From IMG/VR virus record IMGVR_UViG_3300036944_000233: a stretch of DNA of 64,000 bases. One strand, written 5' to 3'. The DNA is from an uncultured virus (IMG/VR IMGVR_UViG_3300036944_000233) (Duplodnaviria; Heunggongvirae; Uroviricota; Caudoviricetes). The position numbers and the translations under genes were made by a program. Below, piece by piece: positions 63,867-64,000 of the stretch (positions within the stretch are counted from its first letter, which is position 1; every line of letters starts with the position of its first letter). Below the pieces are notes generated by a model. The model ran no database searches and was not told the origin of the DNA. It worked only from the letters and a program-made list of their open reading frames with translations.

Positions 63867-64000
63867 TGGCTTTCACAGGAAACTTTTCGTGCAATTCGTT
63901 CAAAACGGGCATGATGAACGGGACGTTTAACTTCACGTCCGGCGCGTTCAAGATTGCCCTTTACACGAACGCTGCATCGCTTGACGCAGCCACCACGGCA
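63866..64000 (+). CDS. 5' part of a tail structural protein (partial)
   Basis: MAFTGNFSCNSFK...FKIALYTNAASLDAATT runs off the window. Confidence 0.7.
   Translation, partial: MAFTGNFSCNSFKTGMMNGTFNFTSGAFKIALYTNAASLDAATTA

Noticed and set aside
1..64000. tRNA or rRNA genes, integrase, spanin pair, phage RNA polymerase
   Set aside because: None recognised by eye. tRNAscan and lipoprotein-signal searches were not run, and part of the genome lies outside the window.

Overview
The window is most of the genome of a tailed dsDNA phage of podovirus type, probably circularly permuted, with the tail-fibre genes falling outside the window. Nothing in it looks like host chromosome. Layout: 1-16975 (+) end of the tail-fibre cluster, lysis genes, tail nozzle, ejection proteins, a GNAT acetyltransferase and a 2802-aa polyvalent virion protein; 17060-26833 (-) replication module (primase-helicase, SSB-like protein, SNF2 helicase, Cas4-like nuclease, PolA, VRR-NUC); 26947-43783 (-) early/accessory genes including a MoxR-like AAA / vWA-peptidase / DUF3150-like trio, then a probable origin; 44218-64000 (+) terminase, portal, GroES-like protein, scaffold, major capsid, head-spike and neck genes. 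Four intact homing-endonuclease genes and one remnant are present. Main unexplained signals: (1) 17 perfect copies of the palindrome TAACA-NN-TGTTA, confined to the early region and often supplying the stop and start codons of adjacent genes; (2) two apparently real genes nested in the +1 frame inside linkers of the giant virion protein, which also carries a GHKL ATPase and two HExxH motifs; (3) a predicted double-pseudoknot leader RNA abutting an RBS, and a candidate sRNA; (4) homing endonucleases that duplicate or recode the ends of neighbouring genes. All family assignments are by-eye motif recognition, not database searches.
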